Shown here: positions 8,756 to 18,424 of the stretch, one piece after another
Position numbering within the stretch: position 1 is the first letter of the stretch
How the letters are laid out: the number at the start of each line of letters is the position of its first letter
Assembly (NCBI GenBank): GCA_032718475.1
Contig: JAUCBJ010001846.1
Location: 62,001-126,000 of the forward strand
Origin: Nemertoderma westbladi
Lineage: Eukaryota; Animalia; Xenacoelomorpha
Length of the DNA: 64,000 bases
Direction of reading: 5' to 3'
Made by a program: the position numbers and the translations under genes
Notes under the pieces: model-generated
The model's database searches: none
Seen by the model: the letters and a program-made list of their open reading frames with translations, nothing else
Told to the model about the DNA's origin: nothing

Positions 8756-8772
8756 ATAAAATTTGGTTTAAT

Positions 8773-9270
8773 AATGATTGTGCCTTAATGATTCGATTAA
8801 TGCAGAGTTTATGCGCATCGAACATGTCCCAACTTTTACACTGGAACCAGTATGCGCTGGCTATTTTAGGTAACCAAGAGGCCTATGACGAGTCTAGAAA
8901 AATGGGTCAAGCCTTGCTGATGCTGGCCAAAAAACTGGGTATTCAGTTGCCTGCTAAACCTGTTGACACACCCATCAGTTATGTCGTTTCTTATTGTTTG
9001 GTGGGGCATGCTTGGGGTATTTCCACCAACGACCTTATTTTAACCTATTTGTGGGGGTGGTTAGAAAACCAACTATCTGGGGCCATGCGCTTACTACCCA
9101 TTGGCCATTATGAAACACAAAAAATAATGTTAGCAGCTGATCAAACAATCAGTGCCTCCACACAGTTGGCCAAAAAAGTGCGCGATGACCAAATGGGGAA
9201 AAGCCTGCCGTTTTTTGAGCTATTATGTGCACAACACCAAACCCAATATACGCGTTTATTTCAATCTTAA
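8773..9270 (+). pseudogene. ureF: 5'-truncated duplicate of ureF (first 57 codons missing)
   Basis: Identical to 211-708 and cut at the junction. Confidence 0.92.
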
Positions 9271-9281
9271 AAGGAGGTATG

Positions 9282-9887
9282 ATGAAAAAAAGCCCATTTC
9301 GAATTGGTATCGGGGGGCCTGTTGGTTCAGGCAAAACAGCATTGATTCAACAATTGTGTATGAATATGAAAGACACCTATCAAATGGCCGTTGTGACCAA
9401 CGACATTTACACCCAAGAAGATGCCCAATTTTTAGCCAAACACCAAGCACTAGAAGCGGACCGAATTGTGGGGGTTGAAACAGGCGGGTGTCCACACACG
9501 GCTATTCGGGAAGATGCCTCCGCTAATTTAATGGCCATTGAAGGTTTGGAAAAACGCTTCGATAACCTAGATTTAATCATTGTTGAATCAGGGGGCGATA
9601 ATTTAAGTGCCACCTTTAGCCCCGATTTGGCTGATATGACCTTGTATGTTATTGATGTTTGCGCGGGTGATAAAATACCTCGAAAAGGAGGTCCAGGCAT
9701 TACCCGCTCTGATTTGCTGATCATCAACAAAATGGATTTAGCCCCCTATGTGGGCGCATCGCTGGCGATGATGAAAAAAGATTCAACAAGGATGCGAGGC
9801 GATAAACCCTTTGTATTCACCAACTTAAAAACACAACAAAATGTAAACCAAGTGATTGACTACATTCAAACCAACATGGTGCTGTAG
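9282..9887 (+). CDS. ureG: UreG (copy 2)
   Basis: Translation identical to copy 1. Confidence 0.95.
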   Translation: MKKSPFRIGIGGPVGSGKTALIQQLCMNMKDTYQMAVVTNDIYTQEDAQFLAKHQALEADRIVGVETGGCPHTAIREDASANLMAIEGLEKRFDNLDLIIVESGGDNLSATFSPDLADMTLYVIDVCAGDKIPRKGGPGITRSDLLIINKMDLAPYVGASLAMMKKDSTRMRGDKPFVFTNLKTQQNVNQVIDYIQTNMVL

Positions 9888-9918
9888 GCGACAGTACATT
9901 GATTAAGTGTTACCGTTT

Positions 9919-10899
9919 TCAGTCAATTAATTGATCAACTAAGTTTAACAAGGTTTGCTGCTCGTCTTGATCCAACATGCTACCTGAAAGTATTTGGTCA
10001 ACCGCCTTGCGCCAATTTTGTAAATATTGTTGGGCTTGAGAAAGGGCAGTTGTTTGGTGAAAATGACTTAAAATTAACCGAATTTGGCTATCATCACGTT
10101 TTTTAATGTAGCTTTCTACCTGTGTCTTCAGTGTGCTGGATGCCTGCATACCTAAAATTAGTGGCAAGGTGATTTTCCCTTCCACTAAATCGTGACCAGA
10201 AGGTTTGCCTAGCACATGATCTGACGACTGATAATCCAACAGATCATCAGATAATTGAAAAATCATGCCCACATAATAGCCATAGCGTGAAAAAATCGTA
10301 CATATCTCAGGGCTTGCGCTATGAGTATGGCAAACAATTTTGCCGATTAACTCAAACAAGCTGGCTGTTTTTTTCTCAATGATTTTTAAATAATCATTGA
10401 TTGATAAATCAATATTAAATGCCAAGCGCATTTGGCTGACCTCACCTTCAGCCAATACACTCATACAATGAGAAAACTCATACCCAAGACTTGGGTCATC
10501 GGCAACCAACATCAAGGCGCGGGCGGATAAAAAATCACCCGCCAAAATACTCAATGTATTGCCCCAAACATGACGTACACTGGGTTGGTGACGCCTAAAT
10601 TCAGCTTGATCGATCACATCATCATGCAGTAAAGTCGCCATGTGAATCATTTCAATTGCCGCGGCTTGTTTAAAGTCTGTCTGCACATTTGTTACATCTT
10701 TTTTTGGGTGTGTTGTCATGATTTGATCAAGCATCATCCATACAAGTGGACGAATCATTTTGCCCTGACGTGCTAAATAATAATGAATAATCTCAGCTAG
10801 CAGCGGCTCATCACTTTGAAAACAAGTGGAAAAATAGGTCTTAAACTGCTTAAAACGTTCAGCAATTTGGGTATGTTGAGCGAATATTTTTTCAAACAT
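9919..10899 (-). CDS. ispB: Polyprenyl diphosphate synthase (copy 2)
   Basis: Translation identical to copy 1. Confidence 0.9.
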   Translation of the reverse strand: MFEKIFAQHTQIAERFKQFKTYFSTCFQSDEPLLAEIIHYYLARQGKMIRPLVWMMLDQIMTTHPKKDVTNVQTDFKQAAAIEMIHMATLLHDDVIDQAEFRRHQPSVRHVWGNTLSILAGDFLSARALMLVADDPSLGYEFSHCMSVLAEGEVSQMRLAFNIDLSINDYLKIIEKKTASLFELIGKIVCHTHSASPEICTIFSRYGYYVGMIFQLSDDLLDYQSSDHVLGKPSGHDLVEGKITLPLILGMQASSTLKTQVESYIKKRDDSQIRLILSHFHQTTALSQAQQYLQNWRKAVDQILSGSMLDQDEQQTLLNLVDQLID

Positions 10900-10910
10900 G
10901 CCTGCTTTGA

Positions 10911-12284
10911 TTACTGAACACAACTCACCACCCGTCCAACAATAATCAAAAGTGGAGACTGTAGGCGTATATTCCCCACCCAAGCCTCGGCTTTTTTCAA
11001 TTGTGTTTTATAAATCTGTTGATCGGCTGTGGTACCTTTGACAATAAAAGCCATGGGGGTATCTAGTGGCATACCGTGGTCTTTTAAATTTTTAATACAA
11101 ATATCTAAACTAGCTTTTCCCATGAAAAATACCAATGTTTTAAACGGATCAATTACCTTTTCCCATGGCACTTGATAGGCGAGCTTGCCCGAACCATCGC
11201 CATGTAGGGTTAAAAACTCAACCGAATGGGCACAGTCGCGATGCGTTAGGGGAATGTTGGCATAAGACGCACAGCCATTGGCCGCACTGACCCCTGGGAC
11301 AATGCTAAAGGGAATGCTGTGATCGGCTAAATGCGTAATTTCCTCACCCCCCCGACCAAAAACAAATGGGTCACCCCCTTTTAATCGAACCACATGCTTG
11401 CCTGCTTGGTAATGTTCAACCATCAGATCACAAATAACCGATTGTGGAACACTTTTGCCATAGCCGCGTTTACCCACCGCAACTAACTGAGCATCTCGCC
11501 TTACAAATTCTAAAACGCCCTGACCGATTAGTTGATCATGCAACAACACATCAGCACGTCTCATCAATCGACAAGCTTTGAGTGTTAAAAGCTCAGGGTC
11601 GCCTGGCCCTGCACCCACAATTGAGACACTGCCTGTATGATGTTGACGATTATTAAACTGTTTTAAGCAAGTGTTGGCATGGGCTAACATGGCTTGATGG
11701 GTTTGATAATTCAACAATTGATCTAATTGGTCATCCAGCAAGTATTGCCAAAAACGTTTTTTGGTTTCATCCAAACGCATTTTTTGAACCAAAGGGCGTA
11801 GGGTGTCAACCACCTCAATTAACTGGGTATAAGTTTTGGGCAGTTGTTGGAGTAGGTGTTTGCGAATGCCAGCACTGAGCATGGGGGCTTTGGTGCTGCT
11901 ACTGATGGCAATTAAAAGGGGGCTGCGATCAATCACAGACGGGACAACCGCACTACAAAAATTGGGCTGGTCAACTACATTTACCAAACAGTTTGTTTGA
12001 CTTGCTTGATGATAAATTTGTTGATTAATCAAGGGGTCATCGGTTGCAGCAATCACCAAGAACTGATCCTCTAAATCACATAGGTCATAACATCGTTTGA
12101 CTAAAAATAATCGGTGGGTTTGATCGTCCAGTGTCTTAATTTCAGGTAAAATTTCGGGGGCAACAACTGTTAGTATCACACCGGCTTGATAAAGGCGTTT
12201 TGCTTTTTGAAACGCAATTTTTCCCCCACCCACAATTAAACACTTTTTTTGATGCAGGTCTAAAAAAAGGGGGTACAAACTCAT
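10911..12284 (-). CDS. cysG: Siroheme synthase (multifunctional CysG)
   Basis: YPLFLDL..IVGGG dehydrogenase domain; VGAGPGDPELLTLKA and RLKGGDPFVFGRGGEE methyltransferase motifs. Confidence 0.97.
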   Translation of the reverse strand: MSLYPLFLDLHQKKCLIVGGGKIAFQKAKRLYQAGVILTVVAPEILPEIKTLDDQTHRLFLVKRCYDLCDLEDQFLVIAATDDPLINQQIYHQASQTNCLVNVVDQPNFCSAVVPSVIDRSPLLIAISSSTKAPMLSAGIRKHLLQQLPKTYTQLIEVVDTLRPLVQKMRLDETKKRFWQYLLDDQLDQLLNYQTHQAMLAHANTCLKQFNNRQHHTGSVSIVGAGPGDPELLTLKACRLMRRADVLLHDQLIGQGVLEFVRRDAQLVAVGKRGYGKSVPQSVICDLMVEHYQAGKHVVRLKGGDPFVFGRGGEEITHLADHSIPFSIVPGVSAANGCASYANIPLTHRDCAHSVEFLTLHGDGSGKLAYQVPWEKVIDPFKTLVFFMGKASLDICIKNLKDHGMPLDTPMAFIVKGTTADQQIYKTQLKKAEAWVGNIRLQSPLLIIVGRVVSCVQ

Positions 12285-12736
12285 TGACTTAACAATTGAT
12301 CTTGCAAGAAATAATCAAATCGTGAAAAAGCCGCTTCAATGGCTTGCAAACTGTAGGGCTTTGCAAATAAAAAACCATTAATACCGCAACGGCGCATAAA
12401 ACCAATTTGATCGAGCAATACATCCCCCACCGCGACGATCATATTTTGATAATGTAGGTCATTCACCAAACGATACGCCTGACTATAGCCCCGCCCATCT
12501 GTAAATGCTGGGAACTCAATTTCGATCACTGATAAAGACTGATAATTAATTGATTGCAAATCAATCACATGATCAACTGATGAAAGCCGAACCCCTAGTG
12601 GTAGCGCATTTTCAAGCAAGCTGGGTTCATTTTTAACCCACTCAATGGGTAAAACGGTGTTTTCAACTAATTGATCAGGTGATGTTTTAAAGTGCCAAGG
12701 GTAGGGGCAAAAATCACCTTTGTGATAAAAGTTCAT
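12281..12736 (-). CDS. DUF934 family protein
   Basis: IEFPAFTDGRGYSQAYRL...GDVLLDQ...MRRCG; typical partner of cysI. Confidence 0.9.
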   Translation of the reverse strand: MNFYHKGDFCPYPWHFKTSPDQLVENTVLPIEWVKNEPSLLENALPLGVRLSSVDHVIDLQSINYQSLSVIEIEFPAFTDGRGYSQAYRLVNDLHYQNMIVAVGDVLLDQIGFMRRCGINGFLFAKPYSLQAIEAAFSRFDYFLQDQLLSQ

Positions 12737-14376
12737 TGATACACCCGTTTTTTAAACGGGGCAACCCCAATTCGTTTATAAGTCGCTAAAAACGTTTCAC
12801 CGTCGAGCTTGTGTTGGGTGTAGGTTTGAACCACAGTATCAATGGCCGCTAACAGGCCATCGTGTGGCACGGCAGGCCCCATCACTTTGGCGCGCAACCC
12901 TAAGGCAGCTGAGCCCCCTAAGCCAATTTGATACCAATATTCCCCTTTTTTATCCACCCCTAAAATCCCAATATCCGCTGCATGGTGATGGCCGCACGCA
13001 TTCATACAGCCCGACATTTTAAGGCTGATCCCCCGAGCGGCGTATTGATCCTGAATGGCTTCAAAATGTTGTTGAATTTTCATCGATAAATCAATGGTCG
13101 GCGCATTGGCAAGGGAGCAAAAATCAAACCCTGGGCAACAAATTAAATCACCAATGGTGCCAATATTAGCGGTGGCTAAATCAGCCGCTTTTAATTGTTG
13201 CCATAATGGGTAGAGTTTTTCATATTCCACATCGGGTAACACCAAATTTTGATCATGAGTTGAACGAATCATTGAAAAGCTGTACTGATCAGATAAATCA
13301 GCAAGCAAATGCATTTGCTTGCTGCTAATATCGCCCGCTGCTTTTTGGCCTGATTTTAAAGAAACCATCACAATTCGATACCCAGAAACCTTATGTGAAA
13401 AGGTATTTTTCTCAAACCACTGTTCAAAGGCTGTGTCTGCTTTTGCAATTGCTGGCAGGTCACTGGCCAATCCTTTTTGATAGCCCAGCATTTGAAAATG
13501 TTGTTGAAAACTTTCTAACTTTTGATTAGATACGACATAATCTGCTTTTCTTTTTGCCCATTCGACTTCAACCAATTCCCTAAACTGCTCAATGCCCAAG
13601 GCATTGACTAAAATTTTAATACGCGACTTATATATATTGTCGCGACGGCCTTGCTCGTTATAAATACGAAGGATTGCTTCTAAATACGACAATAAATCTT
13701 TTTTGGGTAAAAATTCTCGAATCACCTTGCCTGCAAAAGGCGTACGACCCATCCCCCCACCGACTAACACCTCAAAACCCACCTCATCTGTTTTGGTGTC
13801 ACGCACAATGTAAAGGCCAATATCATGCCACAAAACAGCTGCGCGATCATGTTGTTTACAACCACTGACGGCAAACTTAAATTTGCGCGGCAAAAAAGAA
13901 AATTCAGGGTGTAAGGTTGACCATTGGCGAATGAGTTCGCAATATGGTCGTGGGTCTTCCACCTCGCCTTCGGCTACCCCTGCTAAATGATCAGCCGTGA
14001 CATTGCGAATACAATTGCCGCTGGTTTGCATGGCATGCATTTGAACACTTGCTAAATCGCCCAACACTTGGGGGATTTTTTCAAGGGGTATCCAGTTAAA
14101 TTGAATGTTTTGGCGAGTGGTCATATGACCATAACCCTTATCGTAACGATCTGCAATATCAGCTAACATCCGAAGCTGTTTACTATTCATCAGTCCATAA
14201 GGAATCGCCACCCGAAGCATAGGGGCATGACGCTGAATATAGAGCCCGTTCATTAAACGAAGGGGGCGAAACTGCTCTTCAGATAACGCCCCCTTCAAAA
14301 AACGCTGTGTTTGGTCTGTAAATTCTTTAACCCGTGCATCAACAAGGGCTTGGTCGACTGCGTTGTATTGATACAT
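12733..14376 (-). CDS. cysI: Sulfite reductase hemoprotein (nitrite/sulfite reductase)
   Basis: MYQY start, LPRKFK, CPGFDFC and SGCMNACG siroheme/Fe-S ligands. Confidence 0.93.
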   Translation of the reverse strand: MYQYNAVDQALVDARVKEFTDQTQRFLKGALSEEQFRPLRLMNGLYIQRHAPMLRVAIPYGLMNSKQLRMLADIADRYDKGYGHMTTRQNIQFNWIPLEKIPQVLGDLASVQMHAMQTSGNCIRNVTADHLAGVAEGEVEDPRPYCELIRQWSTLHPEFSFLPRKFKFAVSGCKQHDRAAVLWHDIGLYIVRDTKTDEVGFEVLVGGGMGRTPFAGKVIREFLPKKDLLSYLEAILRIYNEQGRRDNIYKSRIKILVNALGIEQFRELVEVEWAKRKADYVVSNQKLESFQQHFQMLGYQKGLASDLPAIAKADTAFEQWFEKNTFSHKVSGYRIVMVSLKSGQKAAGDISSKQMHLLADLSDQYSFSMIRSTHDQNLVLPDVEYEKLYPLWQQLKAADLATANIGTIGDLICCPGFDFCSLANAPTIDLSMKIQQHFEAIQDQYAARGISLKMSGCMNACGHHHAADIGILGVDKKGEYWYQIGLGGSAALGLRAKVMGPAVPHDGLLAAIDTVVQTYTQHKLDGETFLATYKRIGVAPFKKRVYQ

Positions 14377-14391
14377 CTGCTTTACTCCAAA

Positions 14392-15225
14392 CTAATTGAC
14401 CTGATCTAAGGTGATAATCTCTAAATTGCGTCGGTTTTGCAATAAAAGCTGATCGCCTGCGGTATAAATATTGTAAATCATGGTACGCTTCCCGCTTTCC
14501 CAGATGGCCTCCACTAGGGGCTGATCAAGTTTCTCAATGGGCTTGTTCGATTGATAGTTGGTGTAGCTTTGTGTCATTAAATGGCCTTCTTGATGCCAAA
14601 CCCCTTTTGCTTTTAACCGGTAGGGGTGGGCAATGTCATCTTGGTAAATAATCACATCCACCTGTGCCAACAGTTGGTGTTGATCGGCATAGGTTTGTTG
14701 GGTATTTAGACTTATTTGAATGCGCTCACTAAATTGAAAGTTTTTCGTCATCTCCCATGATGTTCCTAGAAGTTGGGGAGCCTTTTGCTGCTCATCGACA
14801 TAGCCCAAACGAACGGCTGACAAGCGAACACCCCCCACAGGGTCTTCTAAAATAAGATAGTTAGATAAAACATCTACCAATAAAAAAGTCTGCTTGGTGT
14901 TTAGGCCAATGGCCAAGCGAAGCGTTTCTTTTTCAGTCGTTGTAAAATCACCCGTCACAGTGGCTTGTGTGTAGCGAACAATTAATTCGTTCTTGATGTG
15001 CGACCACATGCCTTTGGTATGTACGCGAGCAGGTTTATTTAAATAGTTTAGGTCAATTTGGGCAGCTACTTTTGATGCCCTTTCAAATTTAACTTTAGAA
15101 ACAAATCGGCTAGCGGCCTGATCAGTGATGTTAACAAGCTGCCATGAGCCCTCAATAGGATGGGCAATGCCTGATAAAAAAATACTTAACAAGCACCCAG
15201 TGGTTAGTAATTTATAACGATTCAT
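14392..15225 (-). CDS. Hypothetical exported protein with two lipocalin-like repeats
   Basis: Signal-peptide-like N-terminus; IEGSWQL...KGMWSH..NELIVRYT repeated as LLGTSWEM...KGVWHQ..HLMTQSYT. Confidence 0.6.
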   Translation of the reverse strand: MNRYKLLTTGCLLSIFLSGIAHPIEGSWQLVNITDQAASRFVSKVKFERASKVAAQIDLNYLNKPARVHTKGMWSHIKNELIVRYTQATVTGDFTTTEKETLRLAIGLNTKQTFLLVDVLSNYLILEDPVGGVRLSAVRLGYVDEQQKAPQLLGTSWEMTKNFQFSERIQISLNTQQTYADQHQLLAQVDVIIYQDDIAHPYRLKAKGVWHQEGHLMTQSYTNYQSNKPIEKLDQPLVEAIWESGKRTMIYNIYTAGDQLLLQNRRNLEIITLDQVN

Positions 15226-16375
15226 AATAACGCTGTAAAACTTTCAAAACTTCTGGTCGGGTGAAATGAGCGGGCACGGGTTTACTTGAACCTAAAAGTT
15301 CCCTTAATTTTGTGCCTGATAACAATAAACGATCCTTTTGTTCATGCGGACAGGTTTTAAGCGAGCTCATACCATCGCAACGCTTGCACCAAAATGTCCA
15401 ATCCAGCTTCAACGGCTTTATTTCAAGAGTATTGGTCGGTATTTGATCAAAAATAGCTTGGGCATCAAACGCCCCATAATAATCCCCTACCCCAGCATGG
15501 TCGCGCCCCACAATTAAATAGGCGCATCCAAAGTTTTGGCGAAAAAGGGCGTGTAATAAGGCCTCTTTGGGACCAGCGTAGCGCATGTCCATGGGGTAAC
15601 CAGCTTGTAAAACAGTGTTGGGCATATAATAATGATCAACCAACTTTGTAATGGCCTCAATGCGCACCTTGGCGGGTATATCACCCGATTTAAGCTGACC
15701 TAAAATGGAATGAATCAACACCCCATCACAGGTCTCTAAAGCGATTTTGGTTAAAAACTCATGCGATCGGTGCATGGGGTTACGCGTTTGAAACGCCACC
15801 ACGTTGGACCACCCCCGTTTTATAAACGTTTTTCTAACCACTTCGGGGGTTAAATAAATAGTAGGAAAATCTTGTTTAAACACACCTTCGGTGAGCACCT
15901 CAAGTTGTCCGCCCAAATAAACATCGCCTTGGGCCATTACTTGTTTAACACCAGGGTGGTTGGGGTCAGTGGTTCCAAAAACAGCCTCACATTCAAGGTT
16001 TTTATCAGGCTTGTATTGATCCGCTACATGAAGTAACCCGGACAAGGTTTTATTCACGGAGAAAAGCTCAACGGTATCACCCACTTTTATTTGAGCGGCT
16101 TGATAAGGTGTGCAAGAAAGTGTGATGGGAATAGGCCAAAATAACCCATTGGACAAGCGCATATTTTCACAAACACTTTGCCAATCTGCTTGGCTCATAA
16201 AACCGCTTAAGGGGGTAAACGCCCCCATGCCCATCATCAGCAAATCGCCTAGCTCTTTGGAGCTTAACGTTAGTTGATGTTTTGATTTGATCGCATGAAT
16301 ATGGGCTAAACGCGCCTTTTCAATCAAAAGCGGCTTTAAGCCTTGACCCCCATGAGGGGGAACTAATTGGGTCAT
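15212..16375 (-). CDS. sat: Sulfate adenylyltransferase (Sat type)
   Basis: FQTRNPMHRSHE, GRDHAGVG and LSGTKLR motifs. Confidence 0.97.
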   Translation of the reverse strand: MTQLVPPHGGQGLKPLLIEKARLAHIHAIKSKHQLTLSSKELGDLLMMGMGAFTPLSGFMSQADWQSVCENMRLSNGLFWPIPITLSCTPYQAAQIKVGDTVELFSVNKTLSGLLHVADQYKPDKNLECEAVFGTTDPNHPGVKQVMAQGDVYLGGQLEVLTEGVFKQDFPTIYLTPEVVRKTFIKRGWSNVVAFQTRNPMHRSHEFLTKIALETCDGVLIHSILGQLKSGDIPAKVRIEAITKLVDHYYMPNTVLQAGYPMDMRYAGPKEALLHALFRQNFGCAYLIVGRDHAGVGDYYGAFDAQAIFDQIPTNTLEIKPLKLDWTFWCKRCDGMSSLKTCPHEQKDRLLLSGTKLRELLGSSKPVPAHFTRPEVLKVLQRYYESL

Positions 16376-16393
16376 ATCAAATTAATTGATGAG

Positions 16394-17191
16394 TTAAACA
16401 AATTTATACCAAAATAACATTAAAACCACCAATGATAAAACCCCTACCACTAATCGTTTAGCCAGTTTATCAGACACCCGATTCATCCAAATGCCTCCTA
16501 AAATCACCCCTGGAATACTGCCGCTAATTAGCAGCAAAAAAAGCCCATAGTCAAAGCGACCTTCAAACAAATGCCCTGCCCCTGCGATCATGGTTAAAAA
16601 AAGGGTGTGAAGTAGATCAGACCCCACCAACAAACGAATGGGTAGGGTAGGGTAAAGCAGCCCAATAATAGCCAACCCCAACACCCCGCCGCCCACTGAG
16701 GAGATTGAAACCAAAAAACCCAACAAGGCGCCGGCGCCGATTAGTACACAGTTTCGATACCTTGAGCTTACACCCAACAATCCTGCATCTGGTTTAGATT
16801 TGGCCGACTGCCACTGCGCAATGACCGGCCGCATTAAGGTGATTAAAAGCGTTATCACCACTACCACCAAAAGCACCCAGCCTACTAAATCATCATGTTG
16901 ATCAAGTGGGTAGTGTTTTAGCCATCTGAGTGTTAAAAGCGAGCTTGGTATACTGCCCGCTAATAAATATAAAACAATGGTGGATGAAAAGGCACGGTGG
17001 TAAAAATAGTTTAAGGTTCCAAAAAACTTGGTGACAAATACCACCACCAAATCCGTCCCCACCGCCACAACCGGCGGGATTCCAAAAAATATAATTAAGG
17101 TGGGGGTTAACAGTGAACCACCGCCCACACCCGTTAAGCCCACCATGATGCCAATCAAAAATGAGGCTGTTAGGTATAAAAATTCAATCAC
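16394..17191 (-). CDS. TauE/SafE family membrane protein
   Basis: GLTGVGGGSLLTP, AVGTDL, 8 TM segments; GTG start. Confidence 0.9.
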   Translation of the reverse strand: MIEFLYLTASFLIGIMVGLTGVGGGSLLTPTLIIFFGIPPVVAVGTDLVVVFVTKFFGTLNYFYHRAFSSTIVLYLLAGSIPSSLLTLRWLKHYPLDQHDDLVGWVLLVVVVITLLITLMRPVIAQWQSAKSKPDAGLLGVSSRYRNCVLIGAGALLGFLVSISSVGGGVLGLAIIGLLYPTLPIRLLVGSDLLHTLFLTMIAGAGHLFEGRFDYGLFLLLISGSIPGVILGGIWMNRVSDKLAKRLVVGVLSLVVLMLFWYKFV

Positions 17192-17250
17192 TGCTAGCTA
17201 CCATACAGCATGGTTAAATATCACATCGTGGGTATGTTTATTAGCTATTT

Positions 17251-17649
17251 TCATTCTTTAAAACGCAAATGCATTATTTTGTCATCCACTTTTTCCAGCT
17301 TAAGTTCTAAACGTAATGAATCGCGTAGATTTGCCAGTAATTCACCAGGCGAAGAATGTTGATCTTTATCCATCTGCTTTATAACTTTTAATACTAATTT
17401 TATTTGTTTCCGTGAACCTAAAAGCTGGATATCAGCCATTGCACGCTCAAAATTCTCTTGAATTTTTCCTGACATCTTGCGGTGACATGAAAATTCTAAT
17501 TGTCTGTAAGCCTCAAGCAAATAGCTTATTCGCGACGATCTGCGCTCATTGGCAACATCTCGACGTGCTGCAAAATAATGCCCAACCCAGTGACCCACCA
17601 AAGCAATGGTAAAGGCTGCCATCAATTGAGAAAAAAGCACCCAATCCAT
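17251..17649 (-). CDS. Hypothetical protein with an N-terminal TM helix
   Basis: 132-aa ORF co-oriented with the operon and filling the cysH-tauE gap. Confidence 0.7.
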   Translation of the reverse strand: MDWVLFSQLMAAFTIALVGHWVGHYFAARRDVANERRSSRISYLLEAYRQLEFSCHRKMSGKIQENFERAMADIQLLGSRKQIKLVLKVIKQMDKDQHSSPGELLANLRDSLRLELKLEKVDDKIMHLRFKE

Positions 17650-17656
17650 TATTTAA

Positions 17657-18370
17657 TTAATGCTGAATGGACTGAATGTGTAAGCCACATTCTTTTGTAT
17701 CTGGGTTTTCCCACCACCAACGGCCTGAGCGTACATCTTCACCCGCTACAATCGCGCGGGTACAAGGCGCGCAGCCAATGCTTGCAAACTTTTTATCATA
17801 GAGTTGGTTATAGGGCAGTTGATTGGATTTGATGTACGCCCACACTTGTTGTTCAGACCAATCCAGTAGGGGATTGATTTTATAAAGGCCATTATTTTCA
17901 TCCCACTCAATTGCTTCAAGGTTCTCTCTTGTGACAGATTGATCTTTGCGAATGCCAGTTATCCACGCTTTTTTACCTTTAAGCGCACGTTTAAGGGGCG
18001 CTACTTTACGAATAAAACAACATTGTTTACGGTGTTCAATGCTGTCATAAAAGGCGTTAATACCATTTTGGGCAACAAACTTTTCAATAGACTCAGCATT
18101 GGGGTAAAAAACGGCAATTTGCTTTTGATAACGCCTGCGAATGGAGTCGATCAGCAAAATGGTTTCTTCATGTAACCGACCCGTGTCCAAGGTAAAAATG
18201 AAAACGTCTGGAAAATTCATCATTAAAAGATCAGTTATCACCATATCTTCAATGCTTAGGCTATTGGCAAAGGCCACATCAACATGCGTTTCAATGCCTT
18301 TTTTAAGTACGGTAAGTGTTTGTTGAAGTTGAGCAGAGAAATCAGCCAAGTCGCTTGTCATATCACACAC
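17657..18370 (-). CDS. cysH: APS/PAPS reductase (Fe-S APS-reductase type)
   Basis: LDTGRL, CCFIRKV, SIGCAPCT and ECGLH motifs; start could be 18361. Confidence 0.95.
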   Translation of the reverse strand: MCDMTSDLADFSAQLQQTLTVLKKGIETHVDVAFANSLSIEDMVITDLLMMNFPDVFIFTLDTGRLHEETILLIDSIRRRYQKQIAVFYPNAESIEKFVAQNGINAFYDSIEHRKQCCFIRKVAPLKRALKGKKAWITGIRKDQSVTRENLEAIEWDENNGLYKINPLLDWSEQQVWAYIKSNQLPYNQLYDKKFASIGCAPCTRAIVAGEDVRSGRWWWENPDTKECGLHIQSIQH

Positions 18371-18424
18371 CTAAAAAATAAAAGTTTCCCCATTCTAAAA
18401 ATTTTTAACGATTTCTCAAAACAA

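Larger units (their letters stand above)
2748..8772. mobile_element. AT-rich 6,025-bp accessory island carrying a lasso-peptide gene cluster; no integrase or transposase seen
   Basis: Unique sequence between the two 2,537-bp repeats; visibly lower GC (spot counts 11/60 and 18/60 GC vs 27/60 in a cysI line). Confidence 0.85.
8773..11309 (+). repeat. 2,537-bp direct repeat, copy 2
   Basis: Matches 211-2747 (offset 8562). Confidence 0.97.
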
